From NCBI GenBank assembly GCA_004212155.1, contig RXIG01000028.1:32812-96811 (forward strand): 64,000 nt of DNA, written 5' to 3'. Below are positions 49,954-58,664 of the stretch, piece after piece (the first letter of the stretch is position 1; each line of letters opens with the position of its first letter). Both the position numbers and the translations under genes were made by a program. This DNA is from an archaeon. GTDB lineage: Archaea > Methanobacteriota_B > Thermococci > Methanofastidiosales > NM3. Under the pieces are notes generated by a model. That model was not told the DNA's origin. It ran no database searches and saw nothing but the letters and a program-made list of their open reading frames with translations.

Positions 49954-52164
49954 ATGCTCATATTGCGCATATTCGGAACGGTACAGGGCGTGGGATTCAG
50001 GCCATTCATATGGCGCCTTGCAACGTCTGAGCATCTCACGGGCTACGTGCTCAACAAGGGGGGGTACGTCGAGGTTGCCCTCGAGGGTGACACTTCACAC
50101 ATCGAGTCTTTCGTTTCGCGCTTGCCCAAAGAATTGCCCCCCAGGGCGCATATAGATTCGATCGAAAGGGATCGTGTCGAGGATGCGCAGTTTTCCGCGT
50201 TTACCATCCGACACTCGGAGTCTTCCCACTCCTCGCTCCCCTCCGGGATACCTCCCGACATCACCCTCTGTGACAAATGCCGTGATGAGCTTTTCACCAG
50301 CGGGGACCGCAGGCATCACTACCCCTTCATCAACTGTACTGACTGTGGTCCGCGATTTACCATCGTGTCCCGGGTGCCATACGACCGTGTGCACACCACT
50401 ATGCAGCAGTTCCCCATGTGCGAGCGCTGCCGCGAAGAGTACGAGTCGCCCAGGGACAGGAGATACCATGCTGAGCCCATCGCATGCCCCGTTTGTGGTC
50501 CGCACTATGCGCTCCTGTCGCGCGGTGGCAAGCAGCATGCAGGGCCCATCGCCGCCGTCGCGCGTCTTATCGACAACGGCGAGATCGTTGCCATCAAGGG
50601 ATACGGCGGATTCCATATCGCATGCGATGCAACGAGCGAGACGGTCCTGGCAAAATTGCGAACGCTCCTAGAAAGGCCCTACCAACCCTTTGCCCTTATG
50701 GCGCGCGACAGTCGTGTGCTTGATGGTGAACTCGAGGTAGACGCTGATGAACACGAGCATCTCACATCGCCTGCAGCCCCGATCGTCGTCCTGGAGCGCA
50801 CAGCCTCGTCGACACTGCCCCCATCCGTCGCCCCAGGCCTCTCGACGATCGGCGTCGTCCTCCCATACGCACCCATACACTACCTCCTTTTCTCCCACCT
50901 TTCAACACCGTTTGTCGTCATGACGTCTGCAAACTATCCTGGCAATCCGATGATCACGACGTTCGAGGATGCCCGTTCCCGACTTGGATGCATCGATCAT
51001 TTCCTCACGCACGACCTTACCATCATGAATCGCTGCGACGATTCCGTCGTCCGCAACAACAAGTTCATCAGGCGTTCTCGAGGGTTCGTGCCCTCGACTC
51101 TTCCCATCCCTTCCTCGCGCACGCTCCTTGCGCTCGGAGCAGAGCTCAACAACGTCGTGGCGCTTTCAAAGAACGGGCACTGCATGCTTTCACAGCATAT
51201 CGGCGACACCTCGAACTGGTCCGTGATGGAGGTCGGCATCGATGCCATCGAACGGATGTTCGAGCTCTTTGACCTCTCGTTTGATAGGATAGACCACATC
51301 ATCTGCGACATGCACCCGCACTACACGACATCGCGTGTCGCGCGGACGTGGTCTCGGGATGAGGACGTGCCGCTGATTGAGGTACAGCACCACAAGGCGC
51401 ACTGCTATGCACTCGTTGCCGAACACGGCATCGATGAGATGCTGTGCGTGAGCGCTGACGGCATGGGGTACGGCGAGGATGGAACGATATGGGGGGGCGA
51501 GCTCTTCTATACCGACGGAAGCTCAACCCATACCGAACGCCTCGCGCATCTGGAAAACGTCCCCCTCCCCGGCGGAGACCGGGCGACGTACCACCCTCTC
51601 CGCATGCTCATACCGTTCCTGGACGACGACGCGATGGTGCGGTATGCTCACCACTTCCCGAGGGGTATGGACGAGATAGGGGACATCCGCAAGACGATGC
51701 ACCGTTCGCCTGTCACATCATCGTGTGGCCGCATTCTCGACGCTGTCGCCGCGATGCTCGAGCTCTCGGTCAAGCGCACGTACGAGGGAGAGGGCCCCAT
51801 GCGCCTCGAGTCGCTGGCCATGAGGGGCTACGACCTCGGTGTTCCCATCGAGGTGGAGGGGGACACCATTCTGACCAGCCCGTTCATGCAACGGCTCCAC
51901 GACCTTATGGGTCGCGCTCGTCCGCAGGACATTGCCATGACGGCCCACGTATCGTTGGCTCGCGCCTTCGCCGATGCGTGTGCAGCGCATGACGACCTTC
52001 ACGTGCCGGTCGGTTTTACCGGCGGCGTCGCCATTAACAAGATCATGTCCGATATCCTTCGCATTGAGTGCGAACGCCGTGGCGTGCAGTTCTTCGAGCA
52101 TCGCAAGGTGCCACCAGGCGACGGCGGCATCAGCTACGGTCAGTCGTGCATGCGCGACCTCTGA
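49954..52164 (+). CDS. hypF: Carbamoyltransferase HypF
   Basis: GTVQGVGFRP, two zinc fingers, KGYGGFH, QHHKAH, DGMGYG, PPGDGGISYGQ. Confidence 0.95.
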   Translation: MLILRIFGTVQGVGFRPFIWRLATSEHLTGYVLNKGGYVEVALEGDTSHIESFVSRLPKELPPRAHIDSIERDRVEDAQFSAFTIRHSESSHSSLPSGIPPDITLCDKCRDELFTSGDRRHHYPFINCTDCGPRFTIVSRVPYDRVHTTMQQFPMCERCREEYESPRDRRYHAEPIACPVCGPHYALLSRGGKQHAGPIAAVARLIDNGEIVAIKGYGGFHIACDATSETVLAKLRTLLERPYQPFALMARDSRVLDGELEVDADEHEHLTSPAAPIVVLERTASSTLPPSVAPGLSTIGVVLPYAPIHYLLFSHLSTPFVVMTSANYPGNPMITTFEDARSRLGCIDHFLTHDLTIMNRCDDSVVRNNKFIRRSRGFVPSTLPIPSSRTLLALGAELNNVVALSKNGHCMLSQHIGDTSNWSVMEVGIDAIERMFELFDLSFDRIDHIICDMHPHYTTSRVARTWSRDEDVPLIEVQHHKAHCYALVAEHGIDEMLCVSADGMGYGEDGTIWGGELFYTDGSSTHTERLAHLENVPLPGGDRATYHPLRMLIPFLDDDAMVRYAHHFPRGMDEIGDIRKTMHRSPVTSSCGRILDAVAAMLELSVKRTYEGEGPMRLESLAMRGYDLGVPIEVEGDTILTSPFMQRLHDLMGRARPQDIAMTAHVSLARAFADACAAHDDLHVPVGFTGGVAINKIMSDILRIECERRGVQFFEHRKVPPGDGGISYGQSCMRDL

Positions 52165-52201
52165 CCGAACGATAAGATATTATATGGCCTGCACATCATC
52201 T

Positions 52202-52984
52202 ATGGACATGGACTTTGTTGCATCGTATCTGTCGCTTCAGGAAAAAAAGGACTCACAGCTTTGCGTGGGCATCGACCCGGCATATCCTGGGCTCAGGCCC
52301 CGACAGACGATCACGTCGCATGGCGATCCGCCGCGCGATATACTCGATTTTTCCTCAACGATCATCGATGAGACCGGCCCCTATGCAGCGTGTTTCAAGC
52401 CAAACCTCCAGTACATCCACCCTCTTGGCATCGAGGAACTCTCCGAGCTCAACGACCGCATTCACGAGCAAAACGCCCTTTCCATACTCGACGTGAAGCT
52501 CTCGGACATCGGGACGAGCAATGATGCATGCTGTTTCTGGGCGCACGAATGCGGCTTTGATGCGATCACCGCATCCCCTTTTCCGGGAAACATCGAGGCT
52601 CTATGGGCCTCATGCAGCGCGCGAGACCTTGGTCTCTTCCTCCTCTGCCTCATGTCTAATCCCGAGGCCGACATGTTCATGAAGGCGCGACTTGGCAAGG
52701 AATATGCCTATGAGCGCATCGCACGGGAGATAGAATCAAACGGCATCACGGGCGCCGTCATCGGCGCGACAATTAGCGAAGAGGATCGCATGAGGCTTGT
52801 CAATACCCTTACGTCCCGTCTCGTACTCGTTCCCGGCATAGGCGCACAGAAGGGTTCGTTTGGCGTGGTGGAATCGTTTGGCAGACGTTGTGTCGTCAAC
52901 GTTTCGCGCGATGTCATCTTTTCGGACGACCCCGCTGCACGTGCCCGCTCGTATCGGGACATGATCAGGGATATCGTTTCCTGA
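52202..52984 (+). CDS. pyrF: Orotidine-5'-phosphate decarboxylase
   Basis: LCVGIDP, FKPN, DVKLSDIG, PGIGAQ.G, NVSR. Confidence 0.9.
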   Translation: MDMDFVASYLSLQEKKDSQLCVGIDPAYPGLRPRQTITSHGDPPRDILDFSSTIIDETGPYAACFKPNLQYIHPLGIEELSELNDRIHEQNALSILDVKLSDIGTSNDACCFWAHECGFDAITASPFPGNIEALWASCSARDLGLFLLCLMSNPEADMFMKARLGKEYAYERIAREIESNGITGAVIGATISEEDRMRLVNTLTSRLVLVPGIGAQKGSFGVVESFGRRCVVNVSRDVIFSDDPAARARSYRDMIRDIVS

Positions 52985-53855
52985 CGATGCCGCAAAGGCC
53001 CTCATAATCGAGTTCTGTGGAGGCGCAGAAGATGTCGAGCTCATCCTTGATCCGCGTGATATGGTCGATGTCATACATCCCGAGCGCCGTGCCCATCTGT
53101 ACGGCCGACGCTCCAGCGTAGAGGTATTCAACGACGTCCTCCCACGAGGCTATACCCCCAATGCCAATGATGGGTATGTCGATGGCACCGGCAAGGTCCC
53201 AGACGGCGCGCACGCCGATCGGCTTAATGGCCGGACCGGAAAGGCCTCCGCCTATGTTTGAGAGGATGGGATGTTTTTGGTAAATGTCTATTGCCATGGC
53301 CTTCACCGTGTTGATCGCACATATGGCATCGGCCCCCCCTTCCTGGGCAGCCAGACCAATCTTTGTGATGTCGGCGACGTTGGGTGTGAGCTTGGCAAGG
53401 ACCGGTACATTGGAGGCCTCCTTGGCCGCTCTGACGACACGCTCTACAAGGTTCGGGTCCTGTCCGATGGCAAGAAGTCCGCCCGCATGGGGGCAAGAGA
53501 GGTTGAGCTCGAGCGCACTGCAGTGGGGCGAGAGGCGTCGAGCCAGTTCGGCGAACTCCCCCTCGTCGTTGCCATAGATCGAGACGACGATGGGCATGGA
53601 CACCTCACTTCTTCCAAGCTCCTCGATGAACGCGTCGACGCCGGGATTTGGCAATCCCATTGCGTTGATGACACCGCTTGCCACGCCCGTGACGGTGGGA
53701 TTGTCGTAGCCCTTGTTTGGCACAAGGGATATCGATTTGGTCACGACGGCGCCGGCATGCGCAGCCTCGATGCGAGAGAAGAGCCCCGCTGATATGCCAA
53801 GCACTCCCGAACATACCATGAGGGGATTGTCCATCCGTATGCCTGCGACGTCCAT
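52965..53855 (-). CDS. pyrD: Dihydroorotate dehydrogenase, class 1
   Basis: INAMGLPNPG, LNLSCPH, KLTPN, INT, GGLSG. Confidence 0.93.
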   Translation of the reverse strand: MDVAGIRMDNPLMVCSGVLGISAGLFSRIEAAHAGAVVTKSISLVPNKGYDNPTVTGVASGVINAMGLPNPGVDAFIEELGRSEVSMPIVVSIYGNDEGEFAELARRLSPHCSALELNLSCPHAGGLLAIGQDPNLVERVVRAAKEASNVPVLAKLTPNVADITKIGLAAQEGGADAICAINTVKAMAIDIYQKHPILSNIGGGLSGPAIKPIGVRAVWDLAGAIDIPIIGIGGIASWEDVVEYLYAGASAVQMGTALGMYDIDHITRIKDELDIFCASTELDYEGLCGIVRKRYP

Positions 53856-53862
53856 CGTTTTC

Positions 53863-54207
53863 CTACTCCTTGAGCCGCTCAATGTCATATGTCTTGAGCG
53901 GCACGTCCTTGAGCGCGCGACCGATCGAGGATTTCGCGATATTTTCAGCATGCTTTTCGTTTTCGGCGTTGAATACCTTCATAGTAAGGTAGACACCGAC
54001 AAGTCCCATCTTGCCCACAACGAACGCGCTGCTAAAGAGCCCCGAGCACATGGGACACTGCGACGCCCCGATGTCTATCTTCACATACTCGAGATTGACA
54101 CGCTTGAGCTTCTTGCCCACTTGGGATATGGCTATGTTCGCAGCGTCGTCGCGCGTCCCCACATTGCGCAACACAACGGGAACCTCCAATACAACGAGGT
54201 AGTTCAT
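53863..54207 (-). CDS. DUF555 (UPF0212) protein
   Basis: DDAANIAIS, CPMC, VFNAE..HA..IAKS.IG. Confidence 0.85.
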   Translation of the reverse strand: MNYLVVLEVPVVLRNVGTRDDAANIAISQVGKKLKRVNLEYVKIDIGASQCPMCSGLFSSAFVVGKMGLVGVYLTMKVFNAENEKHAENIAKSSIGRALKDVPLKTYDIERLKE

Positions 54208-54212
54208 CGCAA

Positions 54213-54512
54213 TCACTCCGACTGTTCGAACGCGAACAGGTCTGAGGACGACACCTTGAACACGCCGAGGCGCGCACCCGCGTCAAGGAATCCGTGCAAG
54301 TAGTTAAGGCTTGCAAACGATGTCACATAATCGTCCTTTCCTCTATAGTAGTTCGCATCATTATAGTAGCGTTGTGCCATGTCCAAGTAATCGCGCGCCA
54401 CCAGCTCGAGGTGGCTCCCCTTCGGAACGATGACCTTCGCGTCGTCCAATGCCGCTTTCGCGACAGAAAAGTAACGGTCGAGTTTCTCATCACCAATCTT
54501 GTCATTTCTCAT
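54213..54512 (-). CDS. DUF357 protein
   Basis: MAQRYYNDA, NYLHGFLDAGARLG. Confidence 0.88.
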   Translation of the reverse strand: MRNDKIGDEKLDRYFSVAKAALDDAKVIVPKGSHLELVARDYLDMAQRYYNDANYYRGKDDYVTSFASLNYLHGFLDAGARLGVFKVSSSDLFAFEQSE

Positions 54513-54516
54513 AGTC

Positions 54517-55263
54517 TCACCCGTATCGGAAGAGTTCGACGTATTCCTCCTCGGCGAAATGCATCTCCCCCGGCACCACGATGCAGTGGGGTGGGGGTCC
54601 GAAGAACGACGCATCAAGCGAGGAAAGCTCGCTCACTTCCCCATATACTATTTTCTCACTTTTCCAACCAATCCTGGAAGCCACGATGATCGTAGACACG
54701 ATTGTCTCTTCGTCTGCGGCACGCAGTAAGCGCATGCCGTCGACGGGGTTCATATATATGTCCCTATCTGCTTTTAAATCAAGAAATAAGAGCGTATGTA
54801 AGCCCCTTTTCTTATTTTGTACTATCGTCTCATAAAAGCTTTTTGGAAAGTAGTTTTTCTCAGGGTAGACGATGCTTGCCGACTTTCCAAATTTGTAGAG
54901 CATGAGGCCTGTCGAGCCGATCGCTGAATATATTGAGGATGCATGGCAGATGGCGAGCGGTATGCCATCCTCTCGTGCACGGGCCGCAAGCGATATATGT
55001 GTTGTCGCAACGAGCGGATCGCCCATCACAAGGAAGGCGACGGTACAGGTTCGTGCCCGCTCGAGTGGGAGTTCCCGTTCCTCCACGTCCTCTCGTGTCA
55101 GCACTGTGATAGGTTTACCGACGATACGTTCTATCTCGGCCATGTCAACACATGGAAGCGACGTGTAGAACTCTGCAAATACCTCATCCGACCCTGCAAC
55201 ATACGAGAGACCCTTGGCGGATATCTCCGTACCGTCCAGTCCTAGCCCTATGAGCGCAAGCAT
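54517..55263 (-). CDS. dph5: Diphthine synthase
   Basis: IGLGL, EFYTS, GDPLVATTH, YKFG, GLHTL.FLD, PPH..VPG.MHF.E. Confidence 0.93.
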   Translation of the reverse strand: MLALIGLGLDGTEISAKGLSYVAGSDEVFAEFYTSLPCVDMAEIERIVGKPITVLTREDVEERELPLERARTCTVAFLVMGDPLVATTHISLAARAREDGIPLAICHASSIYSAIGSTGLMLYKFGKSASIVYPEKNYFPKSFYETIVQNKKRGLHTLLFLDLKADRDIYMNPVDGMRLLRAADEETIVSTIIVASRIGWKSEKIVYGEVSELSSLDASFFGPPPHCIVVPGEMHFAEEEYVELFRYG

Positions 55264-55406
55264 ACGGAGAGTAGGGGAGAAACCTTTTAAAAACTAACGA
55301 ATGGAAAAGCCGAAAAAAAACCATGCAGCGTTCCTCAAACGACACATTATCACGTGGGTCGTTATTTTGCTCGATTTAAAAAAATAATGAATAAAGGCGT
55401 GCGCCC

Positions 55407-56780
55407 CTATTCAAAACAGTATATCTTTCCTTGGTCGGTCCCTATGAGGATCTTGCCCTCATAAAATGAAGCACCACGCGCTATATCGTTGCCATCCAAC
55501 ACCTTCCTCCAGATCTCCTCTCCCGAAGCGATGTCTATGATCAACACGCGTAGGGGCTCATCAGTCTCGTATTGCGGAGGGCCAAACACCACTAGTTTGT
55601 CAGGCGTGGCTATCGGGAAGTTCCTAAGGACGTTGGAGCTAAAGTCCAGGGGCATGCTCCATATCTCGCGACCGTTGCTTTTGTCCAGGCATGTGATTAT
55701 CTGCCCTCTCATCTCATATATCGCTAAGAAAACATGTTCGTCTCCAACAGTGATGTTTTCTCCCCATCTGTCCACCTCGTGCTGCCATACGATCGTGTTT
55801 GAGGTCGTTGAGATGCAGAACGCATACGTTTCATAGTCGTCCATCCTCTGTCCCTGGGTGTATATCTTCCCATCAGAGACAGCAAGCTGCCTTCCGTTGA
55901 AGCCGGATACGTTGGGATTGCTATAAACGTAGCTGGTGGTCCCGGTGTCAATGTCGTAACCAATTATCTTATCGTTTTCATCCCAGAGAAGTGTCGTAAA
56001 GTACGCTACGCCATCTTCGATGGCGGGGGATGATGATATATGGTAATCTACCGTCTTATGCCAAAGTACCTCTCCGTTGTTGGCATCGAAAACGCATATG
56101 ACGTTGCGCTCCCCCCCCATTTCCCCCAGGGTGATGAGTATCCTGTCATCTCCACGATTCATTCCGTTTGCCATTAGCGAACCTATTCCCGAAAATAGTC
56201 CCGTTATATCCTCAGATGCCCATAGCATGCTGCCGTCATGGGCATCGTAGCAGATCAACGTCTTCTCATCGCCGTCTTTGAACACGTAGAGCTTCTCGTC
56301 ATAGAGTATCATGTCATAGTAACCCAAGAATGGCAATGTTGTTTTCCAGTAAAGCTCGCCAGACTCGACATCGAGGCATATTAGTGTGTGCTCAGTAGGC
56401 GAGGCTTCGATATAAAATGCCCTTCCATAATCGGTCAATATATAGTTCAGCGGTAATCCTATGTCCTGTGACCATACTTCCTGCGGATTTTCCGATATCT
56501 CGCAGTCATAGTATCTGGTGTTCCCAGAGTCTTGGTTCATGAACAACGTGGAACATTCGCTGCGTACATAGGCAGGCGTTGGAGGTGCCGTTGTGGGGGG
56601 TTGCGTTGGGGCTGCCGTTGTTGGGGCCGCCGTGGTCGGTGCGCTCGTCGTAGGCGCGGCCGTAGTGGGTGGGGCAGTGGTGGTCGCTTCACCCTCATCA
56701 TCACCTCCCGATATGCATCCGGAAAGTATTGTTGCTATAAGCATCAAAACTACTATCTTCGAAATATAGGTATTTTTCAT
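55407..56780 (-). CDS. PQQ-like beta-propeller lipoprotein
   Basis: Lipobox LSGC; repeated C.D..G..W blades. Confidence 0.85.
   Translation of the reverse strand: MKNTYISKIVVLMLIATILSGCISGGDDEGEATTTAPPTTAAPTTSAPTTAAPTTAAPTQPPTTAPPTPAYVRSECSTLFMNQDSGNTRYYDCEISENPQEVWSQDIGLPLNYILTDYGRAFYIEASPTEHTLICLDVESGELYWKTTLPFLGYYDMILYDEKLYVFKDGDEKTLICYDAHDGSMLWASEDITGLFSGIGSLMANGMNRGDDRILITLGEMGGERNVICVFDANNGEVLWHKTVDYHISSSPAIEDGVAYFTTLLWDENDKIIGYDIDTGTTSYVYSNPNVSGFNGRQLAVSDGKIYTQGQRMDDYETYAFCISTTSNTIVWQHEVDRWGENITVGDEHVFLAIYEMRGQIITCLDKSNGREIWSMPLDFSSNVLRNFPIATPDKLVVFGPPQYETDEPLRVLIIDIASGEEIWRKVLDGNDIARGASFYEGKILIGTDQGKIYCFE
56576..56686 (-). repeat. Thr/Ala/Pro pentapeptide repeat linker
   Basis: TTTAPPTTAAPTTSAPTTAAPTTAAPTQPPTTAPPTP. 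Confidence 0.8.
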
Positions 56781-57038
56781 CACGATTATTTTTCATACAT
56801 CTTTATTAAATTATTGAGAAGATGCACATATTCGTGTATCGTAACCTCTGATATCTTCTTCGTTGTCCACCTGCGATGAACAAAAAACTCTGAAAAATCG
56901 AGATAGCTACACCATGACGTTTTGCCCCCCCATTTGTGCATCTTTCTCATTATCGCTATAAAAAAACATAAATAATATCTTTTTATATAAATTAGTAATA
57001 TATATTATACAAATAGACAATAATAGTATACTAATAGG

Positions 57039-57053
57039 AAAAATTTATATATC
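57039..57053 (+). promoter_or_regulatory. BRE/TATA promoter of the binding-protein leader
   Basis: GAAAAA-TTTATATAT in an AT-rich region; predicts a TSS near 57072. Confidence 0.65.
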
Positions 57054-57071
57054 TGAACAGGGTAGTAGATT

Positions 57072-57195
57072 ATGGATCGACAGCGGCAGGTGAGAGAAAG
57101 CTCCCACCTCCTGTCGATTCAGAACGTACTTTAGAGGAATAGCCCCATGCTATCCGCTCTTTCAGGGGGGTCGTTCAATGATGAACGCTTCCTCG
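57072..57195 (+). promoter_or_regulatory. Structured 5' leader (three hairpins), candidate cis-regulatory RNA
   Basis: TGGATCGACAG/CTGTCGATTCA, AGGTG/CACCT, ATAGC/GCTAT, CGTTCA/TGAACG. Confidence 0.55.
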
Positions 57196-57235
57196 TCTCA
57201 TAAAAAGGATATTTTCGTTTAAAAGGTGACAGAGC

Positions 57236-58441
57236 ATGAAAAAGAGATTTCAAGCCGTTTTTATCATCGTAGTGCTCTTTGGTATCCTGTGGTCAGGGTG
57301 CATAGGGGATGACGATGGATCGGAACCTACGGCACAACTCGTGTACATGTCAGGCTGTGGAAACATGCCGACAGCACTGAGCACGAATCAGATCGATGCC
57401 TACATCGCATGGCAACCGAATGCGGCCATCGCGGAGGTTGCTGATATAGGAAAGGTGATCACATATTCGCGCGACATGCCGCCTGAGGGCATGTGGCACA
57501 ATCACCCGTGTTGTGTCATTCATGCGCGGGAAGGGTTTATCGAGGACTACTACGACCTTGCAACATATCTCACCTCTCTCATGATCGTGGCAAGCGAGTA
57601 CGTGCAGGAGAATCCCGAAACGGCAGCTTACGACAGCGCTGAATGGATATTTGGGAACGGATCGCTCACCTTCGGTGACACGGAGGTCAGTTCGTATGAT
57701 GTGGAACTCGCATCCATTCCGACCATACAGTACACGACGGAACCGTCTGACGACTGGAAGGACGGGCTTGTGACCTTTGTCAGGTCGCTGGAAGACATCG
57801 AGATGGTGGATGGTGCCCTTAAAGGCTTGGATGAGCAAGCAATTCTGGATAAGCTGCTCCACAAAACGCTCTATGATGATGCCATAGCACTTCTCGAATC
57901 GGAGGCGTATCGGGACGCACAGGCACCATCCTCGATGCCCACTGTTAATCTTGGATACCTTGCTGCCGATGACCATGACGCCGCACTCTTTGTCGCTGCG
58001 TACGAATGGGAATACTTTCGGGACACATACGGCCTTTACTTGGAACCCATCAATCTCGGACCGCGCGGGACGTACTACCTCGTCGCGGGAGGGACGCGCG
58101 TGGCAAAGGTGAAAACGTTGGAGTTCAATGGTGGGTCTGCCCAGATGACGGCACTGAGCCAGGGCAGCGTTGATTTCGGTCTCGCTGGGGCTCCCCCCGC
58201 GATCCTCTTCATCGACAGCGAGGCCCCTGTAAAGATAATCTCTCCCCTCATGAAGGAGGGGTCTGGTGTCGTGGTCAAAACCGATGCCCCATATGACGAC
58301 TGGGACGGATTCGTGGAGTGGATCTATGAACAGCACGAGGCGGGAAAGACGGTAAAGATCGGCGTGCCGATGATCGGTGCTATACAGGATGTCATGATGA
58401 AGTTCGCCTTAAAGGAATCAGGGATTTCATACATCCTCTGA
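57236..58441 (+). CDS. NitT/TauT-family ABC substrate-binding lipoprotein, apparently circularly permuted
   Basis: Lipobox WSGC; IDAYIAWQP..HPCC; GYL..DHDAALFVA; EGSGVVV; AIQDV. Confidence 0.85.
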   Translation: MKKRFQAVFIIVVLFGILWSGCIGDDDGSEPTAQLVYMSGCGNMPTALSTNQIDAYIAWQPNAAIAEVADIGKVITYSRDMPPEGMWHNHPCCVIHAREGFIEDYYDLATYLTSLMIVASEYVQENPETAAYDSAEWIFGNGSLTFGDTEVSSYDVELASIPTIQYTTEPSDDWKDGLVTFVRSLEDIEMVDGALKGLDEQAILDKLLHKTLYDDAIALLESEAYRDAQAPSSMPTVNLGYLAADDHDAALFVAAYEWEYFRDTYGLYLEPINLGPRGTYYLVAGGTRVAKVKTLEFNGGSAQMTALSQGSVDFGLAGAPPAILFIDSEAPVKIISPLMKEGSGVVVKTDAPYDDWDGFVEWIYEQHEAGKTVKIGVPMIGAIQDVMMKFALKESGISYIL

Positions 58442-58624
58442 TTTTCTTTTTTTCCCTGAATAACGAACACCGTAAGGAACAATTTCCAGTGCAACCATTT
58501 TGAAGTCTGTCCAGCTCACAAACTTATGAGCACTTAGACTGCGCCAATAATGGTGTACCTTTTTTCAGCTTCAACAGTAGGATTCCATAGTGTCCAGGCG
58601 CTACTGGTCATGCCGATGGATTTG

Positions 58625-58663
58625 AAAGAAAACAGGAAGAGAAAAAAAGAGAAAGGAAAAAAG
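58625..58663 (-). terminator. Oligo-U tract terminator of cdc48
   Basis: Pyrimidine/T-rich tract directly after the stop on the minus strand. Confidence 0.55.
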
Positions 58664-58664
58664 C

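Noticed and set aside
58500-58545. Archaeal SECIS element
   Set aside because: The GAA bulge lacks the opposing A geometry, and no in-frame TGA selenoprotein was seen nearby
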